64,000 bases of DNA from Macrostomum hystrix (Eukaryota; Animalia; Platyhelminthes): assembly GCA_950097015.1 (NCBI GenBank), contig CATNEN010000038.1, positions 1,116,001 to 1,180,000 of the forward strand, given 5' to 3'. The first letter of the stretch is position 1. Each line of letters begins with the position of its first letter. This document shows positions 1 to 12,016 of this stretch, piece after piece. Made by a program: the position numbers and the translations under genes. The notes under the pieces are model-generated. The model saw only the letters and a program-made list of their open reading frames with translations, searched no databases and had not been told where the DNA came from.

Positions 1-235
1 TGCCAAACGGTTCTTGAGATTTGACTTCCACGCAGAGTTAGCAAATTCGGTCGGGTTTAGAAATGGTGAATACGGGGTTTGGATTCGTGTCGCAATTCTT
101 TCCCGATAGCTCTCTCGGATCTCCACATTACGGTGAAAATTTTGGCCATCCATAAAAAAGTTTTGGATACTCCTAACAAGACTGACAAATCCTTCATCGA
201 CAGTCCACGGTGCAAGGCGGCGACGATGCGCTGTG

Positions 236-460
236 GATCACGTACAGATCCACATATACAGATACAGATACATGTACAGATCCACGTATACAGATACAGA
301 TACATGTACAGATCCACCTGTACAGATACAGATACATGTACAGATCCACCTGTACAGATACAGATACACGTACAGATCCACATGTACAGATACAGATACA
401 TGTACAGATCCACATGTACAGATACAGATACATGTACACATCCATCTGTACAGATCCACT
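236..460. repeat. 32-bp minisatellite (tacagatacagatacatgtacagatccacctg)
   Basis: GATCCAC recurs every 32 bp; about 7 units. Confidence 0.95.
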
Positions 461-823
461 TGATTTGGGGCGCCATTATCGCTTAACAAATTGAGTTGTC
501 TATGGCTAACTTTCTCGTGTGAATTCAAATGCTTGGCCATGGAATTCCATCGGCCGTTCCGTTTTGCATGTCCACTGTTCCACATAGCGCGACAAAGCAA
601 TACTAAATGACAAGCACTGGGCAAATAGGGAAAGACTGCAGAGAAGTGATAATGCGGAAAGACAATCCGGAAATCTCATAGATTCTCAGAGAGAATAAAA
701 AACGCAAGCCTCCCACCCAAAACTTTCACTTTCATTCTCTCCCAACCAATGACTTTCTTAACTCGGCCATTAGCATTCTTGGAGCCAAGGGTCTCAGAAT
801 TTGTTTAACTGGCAAGCAGTGCT

Positions 824-827
<4 letters not shown>

Positions 828-856
<29 letters not shown>
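828..856. repeat. (TG)n microsatellite
   Basis: Seen directly. Confidence 0.95.
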
Positions 857-1849
857 TCGGCAAAATCGCCCAGAAAATTGGGCAGAAACTGCCCACCAAC
901 CCCAGATCCTAGCCATTTTGGCTTACAGTTCGCCTCCCTTTCTGGTTTCCCCCTCCCACCCTGCTCAGGGGCAAGTTGGGAAGGACTGGGGCTATACTCA
1001 GATCTTGCAAATACTGACAGACAGCATTGGGGTTGCTGCATGGTTGGGATCTGGGTATGAGTGGGATCCCCCCAGAGCAAATCGGTCAATCGGCTCCGAC
1101 CAATTCTGATCCCATCGTATATTTTATATCTACCGAATTGGCCTCACATATATCATATAGAACAGTCATTTCCACAGACTGAGACCATTGAGACTCCACA
1201 TCTTCTCCTCGCATTCCCAACATTCGCGTTCAGTTCTGGCTCTCAAATATTTGCTACCAGCGAGCGGCTGAGCTGAAAGTTGAAGGACAGACAGTTTTTG
1301 GTGGCGCGAACAGCTAATTAATCCCAGGACTTCCGTATTCAGGACCCCGTATTCAAATCCCAGGTAGATTTGAACCGAAGCCAGATATACTGCAAAATAC
1401 TCAATAAAGGTAGGATTATCATTGACTGCTTTCATATACGCTGATCAACCACGTGGCCTGGCTAATCTGTGTACTTTTATATAAAGTTAATATTGAAGCT
1501 TCTTTGAAGACAGATCCTCATTAGGATTTAATGAACTATACTATCCATAATCCCGAAACCCAGCCATGCCTACAAAGAGAATTTACTGTAGGATAAGTAC
1601 ATTGTGCTGACTTGATGCGGGAAGTGTCAGCAACGCTACTTTCATCAGACTGCAGCCCTGCGGATTAATGATTAAAACGGAAATTTGATTAGACTAGCTA
1701 CTCGTTGCCCGATAATGAAGAGATGCGACGCGATGACAGCTTTTAGGCAAAGAGAAACGGATGGGACTGCTGGGACTTGCTGGCAAAAGAGGTGAGGTGG
1801 GACAGCGGCATACGGGGGCAGTGGGAAACAAGAGGCTGCTAGAGAGCGG

Positions 1850-2325
1850 GAAAGATATAGTGGGAGAGGTAAAGAGGGAGAGAATGAGAGTGGGAGAGGT
1901 AAAGAGGGAGAGAATGAGGGGGGGAGAATGAGAGTGGGAGAGGTAAAGAGGGAGAGAATGAGGGGGGAGAATGAGAGTGGGAGAGGTAAAGAGGGAGAGA
2001 ATGAGAGGGGGAGAGAATGAGAGTGGGAGAAAATGGAGTGGGAGAGAATGAGAGTGGGAGAGAATGAGAGTGGGAGAAGGTGAGAAAATGAGAGTGAGAG
2101 AGAATGAGAGTGGGAGAGAATGAGAGTGGGAGAGAATGAGAGTGGGAGAGAATGAGAGTGGGAGAGAATGAGAGGGGGAGAGAATGAGAGTAGGAGAGAA
2201 TGAGAGTGGGAGAGAATGAGAGGGGGAGAGAATGAGAGTGGGAGAGAATGAGAGGGGGAGAGAATGAGAGTAGGAGAGAATGAGAGTGGGAGAAGGTGAG
2301 AAAATGGAGTGCGAGAGGGAGAGAA
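1850..2325. repeat. Purine-rich 16-bp minisatellite (gagagaatgagagtgg)
   Basis: Seen directly; nearly C-free on the + strand. Confidence 0.95.
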
Positions 2326-3239
2326 GTAAAGCCAGATAGATAGAAAGTGGGTGTTAAAAGTTGTCTGTTAAAAAGTTTAGAAGCAAAATAACCTATTTGT
2401 CTGTTGTCAAAATAAAAAAATAAAATACGAAAATGTGTATGATGTACATACATCTACAAAACTTTCACTTTCTGAGCTCTGTCTCTGCGGAATAGATAAG
2501 CAAAAAACCTCGGACTTGCATGTATACAAATTCCTAGAAACAGCTCATGCTGAAAATAAACCTGAAGCACTCGACGGATTCTAGTGCCGCTGTTTCACGG
2601 TTAGACGAATCGAAACGAACGACTGGGCTAGCGCTTCGAAATTGATGCAGGAAGCCCTGGGCACTGGGGAGATATTCGAATTTTGATAAATGTTTCGATT
2701 CCTGACTTTTCTTTATTAAACCACGCCCAAGGACTTCCGGCCGATTTAGTCTATGGTCTAACCCTATAAGTGCTCTGTGCGTGCACACACGCTCGTATCT
2801 TGATCCGACATTCCAGGAACCTCCGACTAGGAAAGCAAAATAGGCCAGTCGCGGAAGAGAGGCCTACAGAGGAAACAGAAGGAGCTGTCAAGATAAGAGC
2901 GAGGGACGGGCAAACAGAACCGGTCATCGTTTGTAGAGGCCAGTGCAAACACGGCGCTTGGGTCTGCAGCAGCAGCAGCAGCAGCAGCTTGTATCACATA
3001 TAGGGGGGAAAAGCACTGCGCTTTACCTCTTTCAAACAGTATTCCCTGCATGGCCGGGAACTTTCGGCTTTCCTTCGACCCAGCTGAAGCCCTGTAATTT
3101 CAGGGACAACCGCCCAGCCCTTCTCTATAGCTCAGTCAAGGCCAAGAAGCCGAAGCTTGTGTGCAGAAAGAAGAGGGAAGGGAAGAGAGAAGGACAGAGC
3201 GAGGAAGGTAGTAGGCAGCGAAGGAATATATGCGATAGG

Positions 3240-6031
3240 ATGGCGGGCAGGAGTCTGTGCATTCATAGTACTAGTTCTCGGCTTGTGTGTAGCACATCTA
3301 CCTGCGTACGCATCAGCGAGAGGCTGCTAGTTCCGCCGCCAGCGCTACAGCCGCCGCCACCGCCGCCGCAGCAACAACAGAAATCGTCAACAAATAGGTA
3401 TGTTCTGGTATTGTGTAACAATGTATTTTGTATATAAGTATAAACTGTCTTATACTTATATACAAAAATAATATATATGCATGTGCTGTTGTATAAAATA
3501 TAAATTTTCCGATAAATCTGTACGTTCAACTCATTTATAGAAGCTTTGTAGATCTGCCTTCACCTGGTGGATCGCTTCCCTGGGGCCAGCAACAACAGCC
3601 GCAACATCAGCGGAGACTGCGTGGCGCCCAAATGGAGCCATTGCGACAGCCGCCGCCACCGCCGCCGCCACCGCCGCCGCCATCGGCGCCCTACCATGTG
3701 CCTCTGCCGCCGGGCTGTGCCGCGGAGCTGGCCAAGTCATCAGTCTCTGGTGGCGACACCGGCGGACTCTTTGAGGCCGTGGCCGCTTTTCTGCAGCAGT
3801 CCGACGACTGCGACAGTGGCGATGAATTCACTCCAGCGTCGAGACCTTTGCGAATGGAGCTGCCGTTGCAGACTCACAAGCAGCCTGGAGCCAGTCGAGT
3901 TACTCGGCACAAAGCTGAACCGTCAGAGTTCAGCTCGGAGACTCGCAAGTCGTACGTGTTTGCATCGCACCGACTGAGAACCGCCAAGGCATTCTTGGAC
4001 AATTCAACTTTTCACGGCCTGTGGCGCGTGCAGCCCAGTGCAAATAAACAGAACCTGCTCAGCAGCAAAATGCACCTGCTTTGGACAATCATCGTGATCG
4101 CAACGATCAGCTGTCTCTGGTTGCATGTCTACAAGCAGGTGTCGCTCTATTTCAAATACCCATTACAGTCGTCTACTCGAGAGATACTAAACGACTTTCA
4201 TTTTCCCAGCGTCACAATCTGTGAAGCCTGGCAGATGAAGTTCTTTAAGAACGACTACGAAAGCGTCTCGCGCAGCCTAAATAACGAGCTTGACGACTAC
4301 TTAAACATGACCTTCTGGCTGTTCGATGTGCCAAAATCGGAGAATACCTTGCAATACCTGAGCAACTTGACGGCCTATGGCTTATCAGTTCTGGACCTTC
4401 TGATCGACTGCAAGCTGAATGGCGTGCCATGTGACAAAGATTCGTTTACTGCATTCTATCATCGGCAGTACGGCAACTGTTTTACATTCGACGCCGAGGT
4501 TCAACACGATGAGAGGCGAGGCCATTCAGGCTCCAGGGTGCACGAGGGTCTGAGTCTCATCCTCTACTCACCGTCTTCAGATCCCTATTTCCGCAACTTC
4601 TCCGACCCGCCACCCCTGGACAGCTCAGGCGTCAGCGGTCTTGAGATCGACGGTGTTCTGGTGACTGCTCACGAGGCCGACACGGTACCTCGAGTGAGCG
4701 AAGACTCGATCATTGCTGCCACAAGCCACGAGACCAAGATAGGTCTCAAGGAGGTTCGCACTACTTTGTTCAACACACCTCTTCGACCGTGCAAAGAATC
4801 GTCGGACTTTCGCGTCCACGATCACCTGGTGCCCACGGAGCGCACATACAAGACCTCCCTGCCAGACAGGCTCGAGTGGGAGGACATTGCGCAAGTGGTG
4901 AAGAACTGCAGCTGCCTGGCCAGCAGTCCAGTTGGAGTGCCCACACACCTGGCCAACTTTAGCAGCATGCGACAGTGTGCCGACTTGTTCGACGCGTTGC
5001 GTGGCGACTTCCCCAAGTACCGCGAGTTCCGCAATCACGCCTGCCAGGAGAATCGGAGCCGAGACAAGCTGGCCTGCCGGGAGAAGCTGCTGAGAAACTT
5101 TCCAAAGCTAGTGGAAAACTGGGAAGCGTTCCAGTGTTACCAAACGCTTACCAATCAGTCATTTCACGAATCCGATGCCCAGGTGCTCGAGGCAGACGAT
5201 CAGTGCTCCTCTATTAGCTACCAGTTTCAGATTTTTACTTCGGAGTTGCCGGACTCGCAGTCAGCCAGCTGGCAGTACGGGCGCTACGATGCCCGGCTCA
5301 TCTTTCAGACTTTCTCTACCATTCTGGACAGGTAAGGGGATAGACCCCCATTACGTGAAGCAAGAGGGTTGATAAGTTCTTCATCTTTTTTCGTCCAGAG
5401 TATTTGATCCGCAGATTACAGGAATTCTGCGTTCCAAAACAAGCGTATTAAGTCTTATCATCAACACAACAAACCAATTCGCCTGCGATCCTGCAGGTAC
5501 CTAAAGCGATTCGAGAACAGCACCCTGCCGTTCGAGCAGCTACCCGCCGTGGTTCGATCAGTTCGATCAAAGGGCCTGCGACCAGGCGACTGCACAACTA
5601 TGATCGATCGCAAATTTAAAGACGAGGAGAACTGCAGCGATGTGCAGGAGTTTATCTCACGCCATTTTCTCCGCGTCCAAGTCTACCCGTTCAGCCTAAG
5701 CGTCGTTCACATCGCCGAGGAGCGCAGCTACTCCATCGTGGACCTGTTTTCTCACCTGGGCGGCATTCTAGGCCTTTGGGTCGGCTCGTCAATTGTGTCA
5801 CTATTCGAGCTGCTCGAGCTTGTCACCTTCTTATCTGCCAGTTCGGTGTCATTCAGTTTAAATGAGCGCCTTCAACGCTCGACATCGGGAGCGACGGTGC
5901 TTCGCTATCCTGTGCCCAGCAGGAAGGTCGCCACCGGGAAGCTGCCTGTGGCTCCGACGATCTCGTTGACCACAGAGTTTGACGAGACAGCGCCAGCACC
6001 GGGACTCGCCGCTGAAGCTGAGGTGCACTGA
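3240..6031 (+). CDS. DEG/ENaC (ASIC/FaNaC-like) amiloride-sensitive sodium channel subunit
   Basis: Motifs: pre-TM1 STFHG (HG motif), TM1, FPSVTIC, YGNCFTF, GLSLIL, Cys-rich thumb, TM2 LGGILGLWVGSSIVSLFELLE. Exons: probable 3240-3397 (AG|gtatgt) joined in frame to 3541-5331 (tttatag|; alternative start ATG 3632), then 5497-6031 (phase-2 intron gtaagg...ctgcag). Confidence 0.92.
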
Positions 6032-7878
6032 AATTTCAAGAACGCATTGAGCCTAAACAACGGCCGCCCTCACTAATACAGAGTTAAGTTCAATACTAAA
6101 TTGCCCCACTGATCCCACGGACAGAGAACTGTAACCCTTGATGACATAACATAATATATAATATCAATCATTTTATATTAGTCATTCAATGCAGAAGGCC
6201 TAGAAAAATAACTGTTAAATATTTTAGAAGCCGTTTAGAAGCCGTAACATTTACAATATTAAAATTACTTCAGTAGCTTCTTGAGGAAATTTGGCTGTAG
6301 ACCATAGACTATTGACCTTAAATTAACTTAGCCGATCACGTGAAAATGACTTTTTGTAAGCCGATTTTCGTCGCGTAAATATTTGTAAATTAACTCGTAT
6401 AAGTACATATTTACTTAAATAATTCGTTTGCCAATTCTAGGTTGCAAATTTGGCTTTTGAAAACTGAATTCTGTCTATTAAATCTTAATTAACACAAACA
6501 TTTTACCATTGTGACATTGTAACATAGTAACTCTATGCATAGCGCATGCTATGCTATGCAAACAACTCAAATACAAACTCACATTGTGTATGATTTTTCA
6601 CGTGAAGCATGCGTAGGCGCTGAATGCTTTGACTTTGCCTCGCGTCCGCAAATTAGATTTTAAGTACGATTTTACTCATAATTCGTAAATTTGTTTTTCG
6701 CTCCATCCGTAGTACTGTATTCTTGTCATGTCCACTACGTCCTACTGTATGAGTTTAAGTAGTATGATGAAGACATTTTATTAAAGTTCAAAAAGGTTCG
6801 ATAAGAGTTTTTTGCATAATGGCTGATACTGATGTCTAAAATGCCAAGACTCCAGTAAATTGTTTTTGAGATGTATGTAGTACAACCCAGAAGGGCATGT
6901 ACAACTAGCTTTGTATTTATTTAAGCAAAAAATCCACAAACTTCGAATGATTAGGAGTATATTAGAGTTGCTTCAGAGTTGCTCCTTGCTCTGGCTGCGC
7001 TTCAGTACAATTCAATTTCTCCCTGTCTTGCCCATAAATTGATTAGCGAGGGCTGAAACTAAAAAAATCGATTTTTACTCAACTGTGTTGTACTCGTAAT
7101 ATCTCGCACGATTGTAGACTATAAACTTACCCTTTCTGGGTATCTAAGAAATACGCATGCGCATAGTGAATACAAGGTAAACTAATAACTGTAACAAAAG
7201 CCTGCAATGCAACAATAAAAAGCACAGTTTCTGTTATGAGACCAGTTGTTTACAATAATAAAATGCTTACGATTGAGGTTATTTGACATTCCGCTCTCAA
7301 AAAACGTTGCTGCAGTAAGATAAATTAGATGGGTTTGATTTGGACAATTTTTTAGGTGTCACGTGTTTCGCACTCACCCACTCCGTTGGCCTCAATTCCA
7401 ATAGATGGGGGACTTGGGGTGGTGGCGCTGGCCTGGAACTGGCACACAGACAATGTACGTACATGCCCCCGCTCATTCCCAGACGCCCATTCCCCCACCC
7501 ACCCTCCTCCACTCCCACAAGCACGCTTGTCCTTGGCATGACGCACATAAACTGGGGGGTGCTATTCCGAGGTCCGCTCTACTTTTATACTTCCTAACCC
7601 GAGGGCCAAAGTCTCCCCACTCGTGCTGTGAGTGACTCGGACCATAGCGCGTTTATTAACTTATCTCTGAAATTTAAACCTAACAAGTCTAGCTATTTTT
7701 TTAAAAGTCCTTTTCAATAGACGGAAATAAGTCTCTACGAAAGCTAGATTCGACTGGTAGTAGCCTGGCTACATATAAACCTGAATTCTAGGCAAACGTC
7801 AATCAAATAAGACATAAACACTAAAAGAGTGCATCAGCTGGAGACTGAAAAGTCAATAACCGCATGGTATAGAAGGCC

Positions 7879-10800
7879 ATGTCGACAATGAAAGCGTTGA
7901 CACCAAGCAACGGTCGCCGAGATAGTTATAATTACAACCGCGGCAAGCCGGTGGTGCCATCGACATCGACTGCTTCTGCCGTATCAACTGTAGCGGCGTC
8001 AGCAGTGGCCACGACGCCGCCGAAATTCGTGATGAGCCGGCCGATTGGCACTATCATGCGTGACTCGCTACAGCTCAAGGTGCTTGTACCGCGAACTGGT
8101 CGATCCATCGAGCACCAGCTATCTAGGGCTCTGCGGAAGCCGCAGCAGCAGCAAGGCCTGTGTCAGCACCAGCAGTGCCAGCAGCAGCAGCAGCAGCAGC
8201 CACCTGGCTCCGTAGTTTCGACGGCGCACCACGACGCCATTCACGTGTCAATCCAGTCGCAGCACGAGGCGGACTGTCTGAACGGTCACACGCACTTCGA
8301 TCTGGTCATGCGCCTATTGCAGCCCAGACTGCGCGCTGCTCACCTGCTCTGCAAGGTTATGTACAGGAATGTGCGCGACGAGGTCAAAGAGATGGGACCC
8401 TACCTGCTGCGTGTCACAGAGCCCGTCTGCTGCTACCGGCTTGAAGAGATGAACTGCCAGGTGAGACTGCATGGCAGTGCGGGCTAGTCAGAGATTTGGT
8501 CTTTGGCTGAGGAATGGGGTCCGTGGATTCTAGAAATTAGGGACAGCTTAGGTTGAAGGAATAGGATCAACCTGAGACGCGAATTGGGATCAATCTGATG
8601 GTTGGGAAGAGTATTAATCTAAGGTTAAAAATAGGAAAAAAAAGGTGCAGGAATTGGATCAATCTAGATGATGAATATGATTCTGAGATTTGAGCATGGG
8701 ATCAATCAGATTCTGAGATTTGAGCATGGGATCAATCAGATTCTGAGATTTGAGCATGGGATCAATCAGATTCTGAGATTTGAGCATGGGATCAATCAGA
8801 TTCTGAGATTTGAGCATGGGATCAATCAGATTCTGAGATTTGAGAATAGGATCAATCTGATTCTGAGATTTGAGCATGTGATCAATCTGATCTGATTCTG
8901 AGATTAGAGAATCATAGGATCAATCTGATTCTGAGATTTGAGCATGGGATCAATCTGATTCTGAGATTAGAGATTGGGATCATTCTGATTCTGAGATTTG
9001 AGATTGGGATCAATCTGATTCTGAGATTTGAGCATGGGATCAATCTGATTCTGAGATTTGAGCATGGGATCAATCTGATTCTGAGATTTGAGCATGGGAT
9101 CAATCTGATTCTGAGATTTGAGCATGGGATCAATCTGATTCTGAGATTTGAGCATGGGATCAATCTGATTCTGAGATTTGAGCATGGGATCAATCTGATT
9201 CTGAGATTAGAGATTAGGATCATTCTGATTCTGAGATTTGAGATTGGGATCAATCTGATTCTGAGATTTGAGCATGGGATCAATCTGATTCTGAGATTTG
9301 AGCATGGGATCAATCTGATTCTGAGATTTGAGCATGGGATCAATCTGATTCTGAGATTTGAGCATGGGATCAATCTGATTCTGAGATTTGAGCATGGGAT
9401 CATTCTGATTCTGAGATTTGAGCATGGGATCAATCTGATTCTGAGATTAGAGATTAGGATCATTCTGATTCTGAGATTTGAGATTGGGATCAATCTGGTT
9501 CTGAGATTTGAGCATGGGATCAATCTGATTCTGAGATTTGAGCATGGGATCAATCTGATTCTGAGATTTGAGATTGGGATCAATCTGATTCTGAGATTTG
9601 AGCATGGGATCAATCTGATTCTGAGATTAGAGATTAGGATCAATCTGATTCTGAGATTTGAGATTGGGATCAATCTGATTCTGAGATTTGAGCATGGGAT
9701 CAATCTGATTCTGAGATTTGAGATTGGGATCATTCTGATTCTGAGATTTGAGATTGGGATCAATCTGATTCTGAGATTTGAGATTGGGATCAATCTGATT
9801 CTGAGATTTGAGCATGGGATCAATCTGATTCTGAGATTTGAGCATGGGATCAATCTGATTCTGAGATTTGAGCATGTGATCAATCTGATTCTGAGATTAG
9901 AGATTGGGATCAATCTGATTCTGAGATTAGATTGGGATCAATCTGATTCTGAGATTTGAGCATGGGATCAATCTGATTCTGAGATTTGAGCATGTGATCA
10001 ATCTGATTCTGAGATTTGAGCATGTGATCAATCTGATTCTGAGATTTGAGCATGTGATCAATCTGATTCTGAGATTAGAGATTGGGATCAATCTGATTCT
10101 GAGATTTGAGATTGGGATCAATCTGATTCTGAGATTTGAGATTGGGATCAATCTGATTCTGAGATTTGAGCATGGGATCAATCTGATTCTGAGATTTGAG
10201 CATGGGATCATTCTGATTCTGAGATTAGAGATTGGGATCAATCTGATTCTGAGATTTGAGCATGGGATCAATCTGATTCTGAGATTTGAGCATGGGATCA
10301 ATCTGATTGATAGATTTGACAATGGTAACTTGTGATAGGCAGTTATAAGACGTCAGACGCTTTACCTAAGAAATTCGGTGCAACCCATGCCAAGGTATCG
10401 CCAAAGACCAACCACTACCACGTCTACCTGGCTCTTCAACTCGTGTCAGCCGAGCCGCAGTCGCCACTCCTGACTTGCCTGAGCTGCGGCGGAACGAGCG
10501 CCGGCTCTTCCAGTCAGCCGCAGCCGGACGAATCTGGCGACGCCAACGGCGAAGTCGGCGATATTGGCGACGAGGACGACTTGGCCTCTCTACTGTCGGC
10601 GACGCCGCCGAGGTCGACCCGATCGCGGCACCAGAGCATCAGCAGCAGCGCCTCCGTGTCACTCGAGGAGCCCCTGATGGCTGTGTTGCCAGCCGGAGCC
10701 CAGCTGCCCGACTTCAGCGTCCGTTGGTCTCCCCTGGCAACGCTGACAATCAGTGCTGATGGAGCCGACACGGAGGGCCCGCTGTACTACGTGCCGCAGC

Positions 10801-12016
10801 TGTTGTGCCTCTGCTCCGAGATGTTCGCCGACCTGCTGATGGTGCAGCAGCCAGGCGTTCGCAACTCGCGTGAAGCCGGCGAGCTAGTGCTGTCTGGCGT
10901 AGCCAGGGCCGACCTGCTGCTGCTGCTCCAACTGGTCTACCCTGGCACTCCCGCCACTGTCAACTTGGCCAATGTGCACCAGGTGAGTGGCATCTTACTG
11001 ACATCACTGCCAGTCCACTGAGATCACTGCCAGTCCACTGACATCACTACCAGTCCACTGACATCACTGCCAGTCCACTGACATCACTGCCAGTCTACTG
11101 AGATCACTGCCAGTCCACTGACATCCCCGCCAGTCGTCTGATATCCCAGCTAGTCCACTGCCCGCTGACATCAGTTTAAATAGCTATAACTGCAGTCGCT
11201 TCTACCGCTCACAGCACCTTAGTCCCACAAATTTTGTCAGGATGTCATATCTTAATCCTGCACGATCCTACTGACGCCAAATCCTACTGACACCCAATCC
11301 TACTGACACCCAATCCTACTGACACCCAATCCTACTGACACCCAATCCTACTGACACCCAATCCTACTGACACCCAATCCTTTTGACACCCAATCCTTCT
11401 GACACCCAAACTTACTGCACCCAATGCTACTGACATGGGCAAGGGGGTCAGTGGCAGAGCGGTTAACGCGGTTGCCTCTCGCACAAAGGTCCCTGAGCTC
11501 GATTCCGCGGCGAGGCCACATTTATTTGGGGCCCAGCCGCAAAGAGTAGGCTTGGGGGCTTGTGGTGCAACTTGCGCCCTTGGGGGCCAACGTCCAAGGC
11601 ACAGTGAGAGTGTACACTGCCTGACGATGAGAAAGTCAGGGCCGATATACACACATGAGTGAGTGTGTGCCTGCGTACAGTATCCGTGTGCGTGTGTGGT
11701 CAGGAGTCAGCGAAATGGGCAGAATTGCCTCCTCGCTGGCTGCAGTTCTAGTGTCACTAAATGATGTGCCACTGCCCACAGCCGTCATGCAATTATTAAT
11801 ATTAATATTTAATCCTACTGACAGGTGCTACGCCTAGCTGCCAAGTTCCGCGTGCCTCACCTGCGCGTCACCGCCGACCAGCTGCTGTGCCGTAGCGTGC
11901 ACGCCTGCGCGCCAATCAGCCTGAGTCGCCGGCACGAGCTGTGCTCGCTGGCCACCCAGTACTCGCTGCCCTGCCTGGCTGAGCTGCTCAAGCTGCGGCT
12001 GACTGAGCCAGAGTAG
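7879..12016 (+). CDS. BTB/POZ-domain protein with uncharacterised N-terminal region
   Basis: Exons 7879-8460 (CAG|gtgaga), about 10395-10982 (ccaag| ... CAG|gtgagt) and 11825-12016, all phase 0. The C-terminus LYYVPQLLCLCSEMFADLL...LLLQLVYP...VNLANVHQ|VLRLAAKFRVPHL is BTB-like. The exon-2 acceptor is the least certain junction. Confidence 0.75.
8655..10310. repeat. 30-bp minisatellite (gatcaatctgattctgagatttgagcatgg) in BTB intron 1
   Basis: About 55 units with catgg/attgg variants. Confidence 0.97.
10995..11435. repeat. Two arrays in BTB intron 2: 20-bp (cactgacatcactgccagtc) and 16-bp (cctactgacacccaat)
   Basis: 10995-11165 and 11265-11435. Confidence 0.92.
11436..11810 (+). mobile_element. 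tRNA-derived SINE family A, full-length copy 1
   Basis: A box TGGCAGAGCGG, B box-like GCTCGATTCC, internal hairpins, (ATT)n tail. About 13-bp TSD: aatgctactgaca (11423) / aatcctactgaca (11811). Homologous to four other copies in the window. Confidence 0.88.

Noticed and set aside
8659-10335. Long repetitive ORFs (e.g. 333 aa NLRIRLIPCS repeats resembling LRRs)
   Set aside because: They are translations of a 30-bp intronic minisatellite open in several frames and strands. The same applies to ORFs at 57-624, 1839-2453, 23808-24500, 27504-28310, 30258-30774, 31736-32323, 37345-38198 and 56268-56864.
11620-11790. Hammerhead ribozyme in SINE A (CTGACGA ... CGAAA)
   Set aside because: CTGAC is sequestered in the cctgac/gtcagg hairpin, there is no compact stem II, and no NUH cleavage triplet follows the putative stem III.
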